From the human T2T-CHM13v2.0 reference genome, Homo sapiens, in NCBI RefSeq assembly GCF_009914755.1, contig NC_060926.1: a stretch of DNA of 64,000 nucleotides; one strand, 5' to 3'. The translations under genes were made by a program, and so were the position numbers. This document shows, one piece after another, positions 52,295-64,000 of this stretch. The notes below the pieces were generated by a model that saw nothing but the letters and a program-made list of their open reading frames with translations, was not told where the DNA came from and ran no database searches. Every line of letters starts with the position of its first letter. Position 1 is the stretch's first letter.

Positions 52295-52897
52295 CTTGTT
52301 AAGGGGAACAGAAAGACTTCCGCCTACTCCAGTGTATCTCTGATGAAAAATGAGAACTTTGCTCCGATCCTTTCTAAAATGAAAATATTCCAGCCAGTGT
52401 TCACGTGCAGTGACGCTGTTGAGAGATCATCCCAGCTCCCTAACGGTGTGAAAAGCAATTTCACACACGCCTGTCTCCAAGCGGCCTGTTCCACGGATTA
52501 GCCAGACAGAAAACACCTGCCTGCTCCTCCCGCGTGGCCAGGGTCATCAGACACAAAATGGATGTGATCAACTCGAAGCCTTGTGAGGAATTCAGCTGCC
52601 CCTGGAAAACCTGTTTGCAAATGGTCACCTGCTTTGCATTGTTTACTTGGTGAGAGGTAGGGCAGCATCATTTTGTAAAACACCGTAAGAAAAGTTGAAG
52701 AAGTGATTGCCCGCCCTACCTCTGCTTCTCCAGGCCCACTTCCTTGGGCGGGGATCCGGAGATGCGGCGGGGAGACCTTACCTTCCTTCTCCCCAGCCAC
52801 AAGTCCTCTCCCACCTGGCCATCCAAATCCCATCTACTGAGGATGAATGGGACCCAAGAGGCATATTTCTGAACTGCTGCTAAAAGAGGTATTTATA
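52295..52897 (-). promoter_or_regulatory. Candidate Pol II promoter and first two non-coding exons
   Basis: Minus-strand TATAAAT at 52897-52891; donor AAG|GTAAGG at 52782/52781; acceptor ATTTTCATTTTAG at 52374; donor AAG|GTGAGT at 52295/52294. Motif evidence only. Confidence 0.3.
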
Positions 52898-53474
52898 ATG
52901 GATGGAATTTTCATAGTTGCTCTATGTAGGTCTGTTTAAGATATGAAAAAGCTGTTTGAGTTTCATTTGGCGACAGAAGCTGGAGCAATAGAAACCCTCT
53001 TAGGTCACTTCATCTATCCCTCTGCCAGCACCTCTTGTATATTGGTCTTTTTAAATGAAACAAGGGGCCGCTACTGCCCGGGAAACTCATTCCGCTGTCT
53101 AATAAAGTGCCACGGGGAAAAATGTTCCCTAGTTTCCAACTGAAATGCCCCTCTTCCAACTTGATTTTGTTAACTCTCAGTCAAAGTAGATTTCCCCGTA
53201 AAATGATTTTTCCTTACCGCACACACGTCTGATACTTACTTCCCCCAACTGTAGGGCAAAACTTCAGCTGAGCCTGGCAGGAACGGTGGGGCAGGCAGAA
53301 GGTGCTGCTCCAACTGCCACCGATCTGGCAGAGTGGCTGCAATACCAGGGATGTGGCCTGGCAAGGCAGCATCACCTGAGGACGGACTCGTTCCCAGCAA
53401 GGACTCCTCCAAGGAAACCAGGCTTGTTTTTCCGAAAATTAACTCTGAAATAAAGGGTCTTGCACATGTCTAAG

Positions 53475-54063
<589 letters not shown>

Positions 54064-54582
54064 CTTTAAGACACACTTTCACCCTGCAAAGTTCTTCTAG
54101 AGGCCCACCAACCACACCAACCTCCTTGAGCTCACACTGGCTGCACCCTGCTGCACACCCCCTGGCCTTAGCCCACTTTGCACAAGGAAGCACAGTGGGG
54201 GCTGCTGGGGGATCCAGCCTGGCTCTGCCTTTTACAGCTGTGCCGCCTTGGCAAGCTTCCTAACTCACAGAGGCACACTTATCTTTTAAATTAGATTAAT
54301 AATATTACCTGCCTTTCCAGGATGGAGTGAGGGTGAAATGAGCAATGCAAACATATGACAGGCTGGACGAACCCTCTTACCTCTCCTCTGCCTTAAGAAC
54401 TATTGAACTCACACTCAAAAAAAAAAAAAAAAAAAATCCATAAACCAAAATTGTCCCAAAAGGGAAGGAGGAGGGATTGACTGTCAGCCAGTATAGAACT
54501 TCAGTCAACTTCTGAAAGATGACACGGCTGGACACCCGTTGACAATTGAACCATCAGAGGAAACTGATGTGGAGAATACCCA

Positions 54583-54809
54583 CAGGGAGATGGTGGGATG
54601 CAAACTCATCCTCCCAGAACATCCTCTTGGAGATGCCGGGCTGAGGGTCCACAGGACCAGGGAGATGGTGAGATGCAACCTCATCCTCCCAGAACATCCT
54701 CTTGGAGGTGCCGGGCTGAGGGTCCACAGGACCAGGGAGATGGTGAGATGCAACCTCATCCTCCCAGAACATCCTCTTGGAGGTGCTGGGCTGAGGGTCC
54801 ACAGGACCA
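54583..54809. repeat. 75-bp minisatellite, 3 copies
   Basis: Units start at 54583, 54658 and 54733 (CAGGGAGATGGTG...GGTCCACAGGAC). Confidence 0.97.
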
Positions 54810-55715
54810 AGAGGGGCATGAGAAGTGGAACTGGATATTAACTACAGAGCTCACCTCCTTGCCCAACCTGCCAGGGAGAGGCTGTCAGATTGGGTTCAGT
54901 TGGCCTCCCAATCTCTTCTTATGTGGATGATCAGTCAGATTGCCATGTCTCATGCTGGTACCTGTTGTTGGACTTGTCCTGCAATTCTGAGACCCTCATC
55001 TCTTTCCCACTATATAGTGACCTCCTGGAGAACATGATAAAGCTGTTGTCATCTTGCTGAGCCCACATCTCCATAGTCCACACAAATAATGTTTGTTGAA
55101 GCAAAGTGATTTTTCTAATTTGTCTTTCATCCCCACTCACAGCCTGGAAGCTTTACTCCTGCCCAGTATATAAAGCATGCAAAATTGGGGCTGCTTTTCC
55201 TCAAACGTCTAGCTTCCACACTCTTCTTCTGGCCCTACTATTCATACATGCCATGCCCACATTCAAGAAATCCTACTTTTTAGCCACACCAAATACAAAA
55301 ACTCAAAGTAAAGGGATATTTTGCAAATAGCCAAACCATGACATAAGGGAAGAGCTAGCTGGTCATTTCTCACAAGGTGGCATTTTCTTTGTAAATTATC
55401 CTCTATCCTTAGTTTGCTCCTTACCGGTTTGGAAACCTTAATTTATCATCATCAAAATAGAAAGGTTGTATCTTTCATGACAGTCTCACATTAACCAAGT
55501 AAGCAAGACTGATTTATAAACTAGATGCCAATCCATGGCTGATCTACTCACCTTTTATGTGCCAATTCTGCCTCTGGATATGTTAAAGCAGTCAATTAAT
55601 GAATTCACTCAAGCTCAAGCTAAGATTGGCAAAGTGGGAGCTATTCTGATCTGTGAACGTGCTCTTGACTGTCTGCTGCTCCGGACCTGTGTTGATTTCA
55701 TGAGACAGTACTATA

Positions 55716-56039
55716 GAGTCATGCAGCACACATATCTCGCTTTGGTCAATAATGCATCACATACAATCTTATGGGACAGTGGTCCATAGTACTGCACCTT
55801 TACTGCACCTTTTCTACATTTAGATACACAAATACTTTCCATTGTGTTATAATTGCCGACAGTATTCAGTACGGTAACATGCTGAACAGGTTTATAGCCC
55901 AAGAGCAACAGGCTATGCCACATAGCCTAGGTATATAGTAGGCTATACCATTTAAGTTTATATAAGTGCACACTACGATAAAATCATAGAGAGAGGCATT
56001 TCTCAGAATGTATCCCTGTCATTAAGTGACTCATGACTG
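55716..56039. mobile_element. Tigger3a/MER7-like DNA transposon
   Basis: TIRs (G)AGTCATG / CATGACTG with TA on both sides; CAGTATTCAGTACGGTAACATGCTG...TAGGCTATACCAT body. Confidence 0.88.
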
Positions 56040-56504
56040 TAATTCTACTGCTAGACTTTTGGGTGGGGAAAGAAACACCTTGCTGTAGTCCTCAAGCACC
56101 AAATTAATTGCTATGCTCTAAATGGCTTATTTTGTATTTTTACACTTGCTTTTTTCTACTGGAATGCACTTTCCATACTTACCCATTTGACATATGTTTA
56201 CTTGTATTTTCGCTTCCAGCCCAAATGTTACTCCTCTCATACAGTTTTCTTGAATCCCATAGGCAGCTCCTGGGAACATCCATTACACTTTGCTCGGTTC
56301 CCATGTGAGAATTTGTTCTGTGAAAGACGTCATAAGGCATTGAGTTCTAAAGCAGTAGAAATAAACAAGGCACCATCCCTGATCTCAAACAACCAATAGA
56401 TTAGTGGAGGAGACAGAAATTTAGATTTATGATTTTATCTAGCTTTGGTCTCTGGAAACAGTTGAAATAAGAAAACCTCTATTTTTTGTCCAGTTATACT
56501 TATA

Positions 56505-57070
56505 TACGTCAGAGTACTCAGTTGCAAAACAAATAAACTGAGTGTGGCTGAGTTAGGCATAAAGGGATTGTATGAAAATGTTGCAGATTAGCTTGCAAAA
56601 TCACTGAGAGGGTTTGAGCAGCAGATTTACAGGTGGTTCACTGGGAACAGTTCCCCTAAATCAGGCCACAGAACTGGTCTGCTGAAGACAGCCCTGTGGC
56701 CCAGCAGCAGGCTGCATCTTGCACCTCAATGCCACTTACCTGGTCCCTGTATGCTGGCACCAGCACCACTTCCCAAGTAAGCAACTACAACCACCACAGC
56801 CACACCATGGCCACGCCACGGAATCTCTGTGGTCTCTGCCCCACTGAGGACTTACAGCCCATGGCATATTTGTCTGGTGGTGAGTTCCAAGTCTGTACCC
56901 AAGGTGCATGGGAGGTCGTCAAAGCCAAGTACCTGACATCTGAAATTTTGGTGATGGGAGGTAGCTTCTACGTCCCATCGAGGCTCCCAGGGCCCCCATA
57001 AAAGTAGCAAAGATCTTGAAACAGAGAATATATGCTTTGGTGCTGGCAGCCAAAAATATGAGATGGATTC
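56505..57070 (-). mobile_element. Old MaLR LTR (MLT1N/O-like)
   Basis: TCAGAGTACTCAGTTGCAAAACAAATAAACTGAGTGTGGCTGAGTTAGGCATAAAGGGAT is an antisense MLT1 3' end. Confidence 0.5.
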
Positions 57071-57324
57071 ATTATGATAAACACCTTGTTGAAAAAGCAG
57101 GAAGTTTGGAGGAAGCTCTTAGCAATAGCTTTGGCCAGTGTCTACCTGATGACAAGACCTCCATAATCCCTTAGATTGGGGGAAAAAAGTGAACAGGGAC
57201 AATGTAGAAGCTCTATCTTTCTCCTTTTCTTTAAATGGAACTTAACTAGAAATGCACATAGAAGTAAGCAAAGGTTGTTGATGAACCTTTAGAAAGTATT
57301 TATTATAAGAACCTTTCTAAAACA

Positions 57325-57480
57325 CTTAGAAAGTATTTTATCCAACTACTTGGCCTTACAGATCAAACTGGCGCCTTGAAAGGCTAGGGTCGTATTTCCA
57401 GGGATGCATGGCTGGTTAGGAGGCAAACCCAAATTAGAACCTAAATCTCCAGCTTTCTATCCAGTTATCTTTCTACTAAT
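57325..57480 (-). mobile_element. MIR fragment
   Basis: TCCAACTACT...TTACAGATCAAACTG...CATGGCTGGTTAG...ATTAGAACCTAAATCTCC. Confidence 0.55.
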
Positions 57481-60382
57481 TAGTTTTTTAAAAAATGTGC
57501 ACTCTAAATTACCTCTGAAAGATTCTTGGCACAATATAGATTCCTAGGCAGGTTGGACTATGGCTGGTCAAAATGGTATCAAGTCTGTTCCATAATAGCT
57601 ACATTTAACTATCAGATTCTACAATAGGTAATTAAATATTTCCCAGGAAATTTCTAAGATCCTCCAGGACATCATTTTTATAAGACAAAAGGTAAGAGTT
57701 TAGGTTAATTTCACTTCCCATACATGTAAGTTTAGAACTTGAACAATTTTGCTTTGCTCTGGCCTAACAGAGATCTGCACACTCCGGTTGGTTGATTAGT
57801 ACATTTGAGGGGTTCATTTTGGTTGAGGGTGATATAAAAAGCATGTGTGGGACAGTTTTCTAGCAACTAATGCTGTACACAGACTGGGTGATAGATGTTG
57901 CATCTGAAGACAGCATTAGATATTCAGCTTTCAATCTCTCCTTATGAGCTCTTTAAAATCCAAGCTGTGAAACAGCAGCTGAGGCTTTATGTTCGGCCGC
58001 TGCAGCCAAGACCACACAGAACTGGGACGGGCATATGTGCAGACCTGGGGAGGGCTGCTGTGGGCGGGGGCCAGGCTCTGCCGCGTGGGTCACACTCCAA
58101 GTCTGTAACTTCTGCTTGTTTTACAGGACCCTGAGCATCAAAAGGAGCTACCTCTGTGTAATTCAGAATGGCGGAGCCTCATGGGAGGGGATCGGAGAGA
58201 AAGAAACAAATGCTTCCCAATGACTAACAGCCAAAATGAGGAAAAGGCTTTCCTCACCTCTGCAGAAGGACAGAAAGTTTCAGGGTGGAAGCAAACTTCT
58301 CCAAGCTTTGGAAGTCATCACATGATACTGTGGATGTTCCGTGGGAAATTCCCTTGGAACTGTTTCAAAACCAAATTTCCCACTGTCCCTCTAAACCCAT
58401 TCTTTCTCCAGGATACTTCCTCAGTGGCTGGTGCCACCTCCCATGCAGCTTCCTTTGCTAGTGTAGGGTGAACACTAAAAATCATGCCATTCAGACTGAT
58501 AGAAACACTGATTATGGCTATTTCGAATTCCTAGAGAATTGACATTTCTTGGAGTCTATAATTCTTTTGCTTAGCAAAATACCTTAGTGGCCTATTTTCT
58601 AAGTTGAAATCCTCAAGACTTGCACTGGAAAAGAAGAGATGAATTACTCAACAATACAAAAAGAGAGGATTCCAAGCAGTCTTGGTACCCAAAGAGCGAG
58701 TACAGTGCCCAGAAAAGGAAAACCGGAGAAGACAGGAACAGATAATGAGGCATGAAGTGCATTTTTGTAGATAGTGGTGAGGCCAGAGGTACAAATTATC
58801 ATGAATAACCATCAGAAAGAGTTGTGCTAATAGCCCTGTGGCATTCTGAGACAAAGCAGGTCTCTTGGGGACAGATACGAGGCTGGAGCGAAGACAGCAC
58901 CTGGACAGGGAGGGCAAAGCTCCCAATGCGAAAGGGGCAGGTAGGTAAAACCTCAGCAGAGACTTTACTTGCCCCTGTGAATGAAGCAGACACAAGTCAT
59001 TCTAGGCGGATGGATCTGATTAGAGGGACTGAGAGGACCACAGGGTGGGGCGCAAGACTTCTGAGTGGCAGCTGTTATCACAGTCATGAGCAGCATCTGA
59101 CTCTGATTGGCACCTCCACATCCTGCTGTCAGAGTTTCTAAATGAGGGAATATCCACTGGACTTCCTTTGCCTCATCCTGTTTGCTGTGGAGTCCGATCT
59201 CCTTCCAGATGGCACTGGCATGTGCAGAGAGAGTTGTACATTTTTCTTGGGAAGAGTGATAGTTATTGAATCCTTCTCAGAAAAGCTCCACGGGTAGAGA
59301 ATAGGTACAAAAATGGAATGCTAGTCAGAGAAGTATGTAAAATGTTCAAAGAAAATTTCTAGGCCCCGGACCATGTTATTTCCTAGAGCTATTGTCTAAT
59401 TTTCAAAAGGTTCAAAAACACAACCCTCACACAAATATGAACATAATGTCCAAGTTCTATTCAGCTCATTAATTAGTGAGGAAGCTACTAAGATGTTAAT
59501 AGGGGTTCAAAGGAGAATTTGAGAAGCTGGATATTTATGGACAGTTTAATATGAGGATATTAGGAAAAGATTGCTTAGGTGAGAGACACAATTGATTGAT
59601 ATTTTGTGAGGTCATAAACCATATTTGGGAGGAGGTTTCCCCCAGTGGATGGTAATTATTTGCATCTCTACCTGATGCAAATCTATAACTTTGCCCCTAA
59701 CGAAGCTGTAAAATAGCTCAGTCAACAAAAAGTCAATCAAGGACGCAAAACCAGCTCTGCACTGAGAAAATACTTACTAATCTTCTTTGCCTATTTCCTA
59801 ACTTCAGATAACTTTTCTGATATTAGAAAGCTCTCAGACAGCTCCTCTTAGGAGTCTCAGGCAGAACTATATTAACATGAACTACAAAAGACAGTTCACA
59901 CATCCTATTAATTTCTCAATATACCTTAAAATAAGGGTAAGATGAGGGAATAAATGTCTCCGTGAATGAGACTCCAAGAAGAGCCTAGACAACATTTGGC
60001 CAAATTAAAAGAACAGACTGCTCAGTGGCACGTGTGTGAAAGGATATTTCTTCCCCTTCTGTCGCATATGGAAAGACTTCTTAGAGTACAAACTCCCATA
60101 GGAATGCATTCTTTTGCTAGTTCTCTAGTGGATGAAGAGTAAAGCTGATATTTTTTCCATATAAGATGAGTACGCTAAGCTACACATCTAGAGGAAATTG
60201 CCCTATTCATATATTTTTGTTTTCTTTTTCTGAGCTTGCCCAAAGGAATTTGGCAGTCTATCATCAAAAAGGAAGAAAGTATTGGGTTCTAAAATGCTAG
60301 CTTCTGTTTCTTTTTTAATTTTTTAAAATAAAGTTGTTTTACTATCTTACCCTTCAGATGAGAGTGTTTTCTCAAACACAGG

Positions 60383-60745
60383 TGATATGGTTTGGCTGTG
60401 TGTCCTCATCCAAATCTCATGTTTAATTGTAATCCCCATGTGTCTGGGGAGGAACCTGGTGGAAGGAGATTGAATCTTGGGGGCAGATTTCCCCCTTGCT
60501 GTTCTCGTGATAGTGAGTGAGTTCTCACAAGATGGTTTAAAAGTGTGGCACATACCCCGCTTGCTTTCTCTGTCTTCTGCCACCATATAAGACATGTCTT
60601 GCTTCCCCTTCACCTTCTGCCATAATTGTAAATTTCCTGAGGCCTCCCCAGCCATGTGGAACTGTGAGTCAATTAAACCTCTTTCCTTTATAAATTACCC
60701 AGTCTCAGGTAGTTCTTTCCAGCAGTGTGAAAACAGACTAATACA
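60383..60745 (+). mobile_element. THE1D-like solo LTR
   Basis: TGATATGGTTTGGCTGTGTGTCC...AAAAGTGTGGCAC...GACTAATACA; TSD ACAGG / TCAGG. Confidence 0.92.
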
Positions 60746-62458
60746 TCAGGTATCAGCGTAATCTTTTATTTCAGGAGACTATTTTAGCAGTTTCATTTGT
60801 AGCTAGTCCTCCTGCACTGAAATCTTAAGTAGACCTATATAATGGCCACGCATGAAGAACTCTTTTGTATGACAATGAGTGGCCAGCTGGGTGCTGAATG
60901 GACACCCGCACCTGCCCTGCCTGGGGGAAGTTTGTCAGTCCACAGCTCTGGCGACCTAGAAGAATCTATGCTCTGCTCAGGCTAGGCTGCGATCATCCAG
61001 TCCTGAGTCCCACGTCCATGAGAAACACAGTCAGCCTCAGGGACCAAATCCACCCAGGGAGCTCTAAGAGTTCTCGAAGCTTGTTTGCTTGCTGGATGAG
61101 CAGTAAACAGGTGTTACAGCAGCTTCCTAGGAGCTGCCAGTGCCCCCATCCTGGACTCATGACCAACTTTGTGATCTGATCCGGCTCACCAAACAATCTG
61201 AAACTTTTATACTTCATTCCCTTTCCTGCTCTAGGAATGAGAATCACTGAATACATCAGCCAAATATCTGTATAGCCAGACTTTTCAGTATAACAAGGTT
61301 TCCAAGTCCCAGTCACATTTAGATCAAGGCGCATAACGCAACAGATTTCTAGGTCTAACTCAAGAATTTTGATGATCTATTACGGTTTGTCATAATGAGA
61401 TTTAGCCTTTACTATAATTTAGGGCAAGAAACACTGAATTGGAACCTCAAGTCCAAAATTGTTGTGTAGAGGAAGCTCTCTCCAATCACTTTATAGAATG
61501 CATTGATTGCTGGAAATATCATCTTACTCATTCCATGTGTTTCTAGATTTCAGTTTTCTAAGTGCCATAAGCCTACCTAATTTTACCATGGGGCATCTGT
61601 AGATATATTTCTACCATGGAATAAAAACTTCCATAAATCTATCCTGTCAGCTGTAGATGCCATTATAGTTTGAGGGTTTTTTTCTCCTTTTCCTAAGCAA
61701 GTTAATAATATTTAAATTGTTTAAATGACCCTTTTCCTGTTTCCAAGCAGAAATTCAGAACTTATTTGTGTATTAAGTTAAAATTCAGGCAAATAATGCC
61801 TTAGCCTGGCATCTCTAAATCCTCCATTTAAATGAAAACTGATATCTTCAAGGTCATAAAACCTCTGCCTCAAGAGAAACAAACCAAGAAGCCCTAATGA
61901 TGCCCATTCAGAAGGCAGGACCTTGGTCAGGGCATGAAGACTCGAAAAATCAAATCAATACGGCCGCCAGAGTAATACAGAAAGTGGGCCGAAGAGAAGT
62001 GCCGGCCTGAACTCCTCTGTCGGGGATTATACGAGCAGTTTTGTGACCATTTTAAACATTTCTCACATACTTTTGGCTTTGTGGAAACACATCTCCTCTC
62101 TTTATATTCACATCTGTTTCCCATGTTAGAATATAAACATATTCAAGAAGTATACAGAAATCCTTTTCTATACTTCCATGTATTTAAGATTTGAATGCAT
62201 TCACTTGCAGGCACCAAGTGTACTTTAGGAAGGCACAGTTGATTCTTTTTTGGTGAAAAGTATGTACATTAGTGTTTCCTAAGAAGAATGTGCAAGGAGG
62301 AATGTAGGAAATGAGCCTTTCTCTTGCCATGTGGGGCTCAGAGTAATAGTAAACATGTTGTCACTTTTAGCCGAAAAACAAAAACATATGAGAGATGATG
62401 GTGAAGGGATGACTTCAGAATGTGTTATCTGAGGTTTTTATTTTATTCCCCAACTCCC

Positions 62459-62483
62459 ATACACACATGCATGGGTGCACATG

Positions 62484-62522
<39 letters not shown>

Positions 62523-62532
62523 AAACACACAC
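62459..62532. repeat. (CA)n microsatellite
   Basis: Pure CA run at about 62487-62519 with degenerate flanks. Confidence 0.95.
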
Positions 62533-63479
62533 CTGAGCTGCACGTGCAAAGCTGCGGAGAAAAATTTGGGTGATTGGGTTGGTGGGTCTTTGGAATCCAG
62601 GAAATGAGGGCTGAGGATTCTGGAATTCTGTGGGATCCATGTGGGCCTTTCCTGAGAGTCGGGGAGAAATGTGATCTTGCTTGACAGGGCCAGACGTAGG
62701 GTCTCTGTTGGACACTGACTTTGGCTGCAGATTCTCCACAAGTGATGCTGAAAGAAGGCTGGGATGTCTGTAGGACATGCTTAGACTAGTTGACCTGAGA
62801 GGTGCTCTGGTATAATTAAGGAAAAAGACCATGGCTCAAAGAGAAAGAAGGTGTTTTTTCATGAAATGTTAGCAAAGCTGAGAATGGCTGGAGATGGACA
62901 GGGCAGTGTGGAGGGGCCGGCAGGGTACTGGGGAGATGGGAGATGCTCACATGGAGGCTGTCCAAAGGGGGCTTAGATGGAGAGCTCCTGGATGCTGTGT
63001 AAACACCAAGTCCTGTCAAGATACACATCACCAAGTCAGTGGCTGCTGCAGAATGCATCTTGTGCCTTCACCACTTCAGAGTCAGCTTTTGGGGAGAAGG
63101 TGACCCTGGGCCCCTGCTCTTGGTCACCTCTCCTGTCCTTTCCTTCCTTGACCCCCATGCAAGCCTGCTCAGTCCTTTGTCTCTGGGGAGATCACATGAG
63201 TACACGACTGTTGTCCAAACTGGGACCTTCTAGGGACAGCAAGGGAGGCATGATGAACTATGACGTGAGACCGCAGCAGGAGCTGGACCCTCTCAGGCAA
63301 ATACGCAGCCACTGATTTTTGCTCCAACGTGAGTTGACTCCAGTATTTTAATCTTTCACTGGAATTTTTCTTTTATAGATTTTCTTCATATTACTGCAAT
63401 TTTAGGAATTAGAGAAAAGATGAAAAGATATGTTTGGTGACATAGAAATTCCCTCTATTCCTTAGAAGACAAAAGAATA

Positions 63480-63680
63480 ATTTCCCTAGCTCTATCATGT
63501 ATTTATGATATGATTTGCGGAAATTCCTACAAACTTTCTGTAGCTCTATTTCTTCATTTGCATAAGGCAGTAATAATACTGAATGATACTAACAAGAAAA
63601 GTTGTGAATATTTCATGAGAAAATTCATGATGAAGGGGCTTTGCCAAATGTAAAATAGCTCCTAAACGTCTATTGTTTTC
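63480..63680 (+). mobile_element. MIR/MIR3 fragment
   Basis: CTCTATTTCTTCATTTGCATAAGGCAGTAATAATACT...GTTGTGAATATTTCATGAGA. Confidence 0.6.
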
Positions 63681-64000
63681 GTCATCGTAGCTGTCATCAT
63701 TATCAGCTTCTAACTCTAATGAAAGCTAAGGGACACTCTGAAACTACATGCTGAATTATTGATCTCTGTTCATATTCATTTTTAATGTCATCAAATTGTT
63801 GATAATATAACATTTAACCCTTCTAAACTTCACTTGAACAAAGGGTAACAGGGAGGTGTGAGTTCAGAAAAGAGTGGGCACCCAACATAGACTGACTTAC
63901 AATGAAATCCACATTCCAATATTTATGAGGCATGAACATTTTCCAAAGAGTGACATGGGAAAATTTGTTTTCTTGATTTTATATGTTCAGCGCTCCAAAA

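Noticed and set aside
52700-53420. CpG island
   Set aside because: CpGs are only locally enriched, in short patches separated by AT-rich sequence.
54505-54930. Repeat-protein CDS
   Set aside because: The open frames follow from the 75-bp unit length. There is no splice context or family resemblance.
59500-59640. Second CR1/L3 fragment
   Set aside because: The resemblance (GGATATTAGGAAAAG) is too short to support without an HMM search.

Overview
This is primate (human-like) non-coding genomic DNA, AT-rich and CpG-poor, most likely intergenic or deep intronic. I find no credible protein-coding gene, RNA gene, CRISPR array or prokaryotic system. The listed ORFs are chance frames or read-throughs of Alu, L1, LTR or microsatellite sequence. 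The window is a layered record of transposable elements: 6 Alus; L1 remnants (L1PA15/16-, L1MB-, L1MD- and L1ME-like); many MIR and L2 pieces; MaLR/ERVL/ERV1 LTRs (MLT1A0 x2, MLT1F, MLT1L, MLT2A, THE1C, THE1D, MSTA, LTR16-, LTR41- and MER67-like); and DNA transposons (MER5, MER20, MER53, MER63A, MER2, Tigger3a). Subfamily names come from my recall of the consensus sequences, not from a RepeatMasker run. The most notable observations are: (1) a ~75-bp local duplicate that preserves the Alu-free 'empty site' of a nearby Alu insertion; (2) a TIR-less MER2 fragment that looks copied from a neighbouring MER2; (3) a still-readable ancient CR1 ORF2 C-terminus; (4) a Tigger/pogo transposase fossil; (5) an old ERV 3' LTR with its PPT, an adjacent hairpin and five CCAAT-type repeats; (6) a candidate minus-strand lncRNA 5' end (TATA, exon 1, exon 2) at 52.3-52.9 kb; and (7) young 21-bp and 75-bp VNTRs. 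I cannot support a claim of a novel biological system from the sequence alone.
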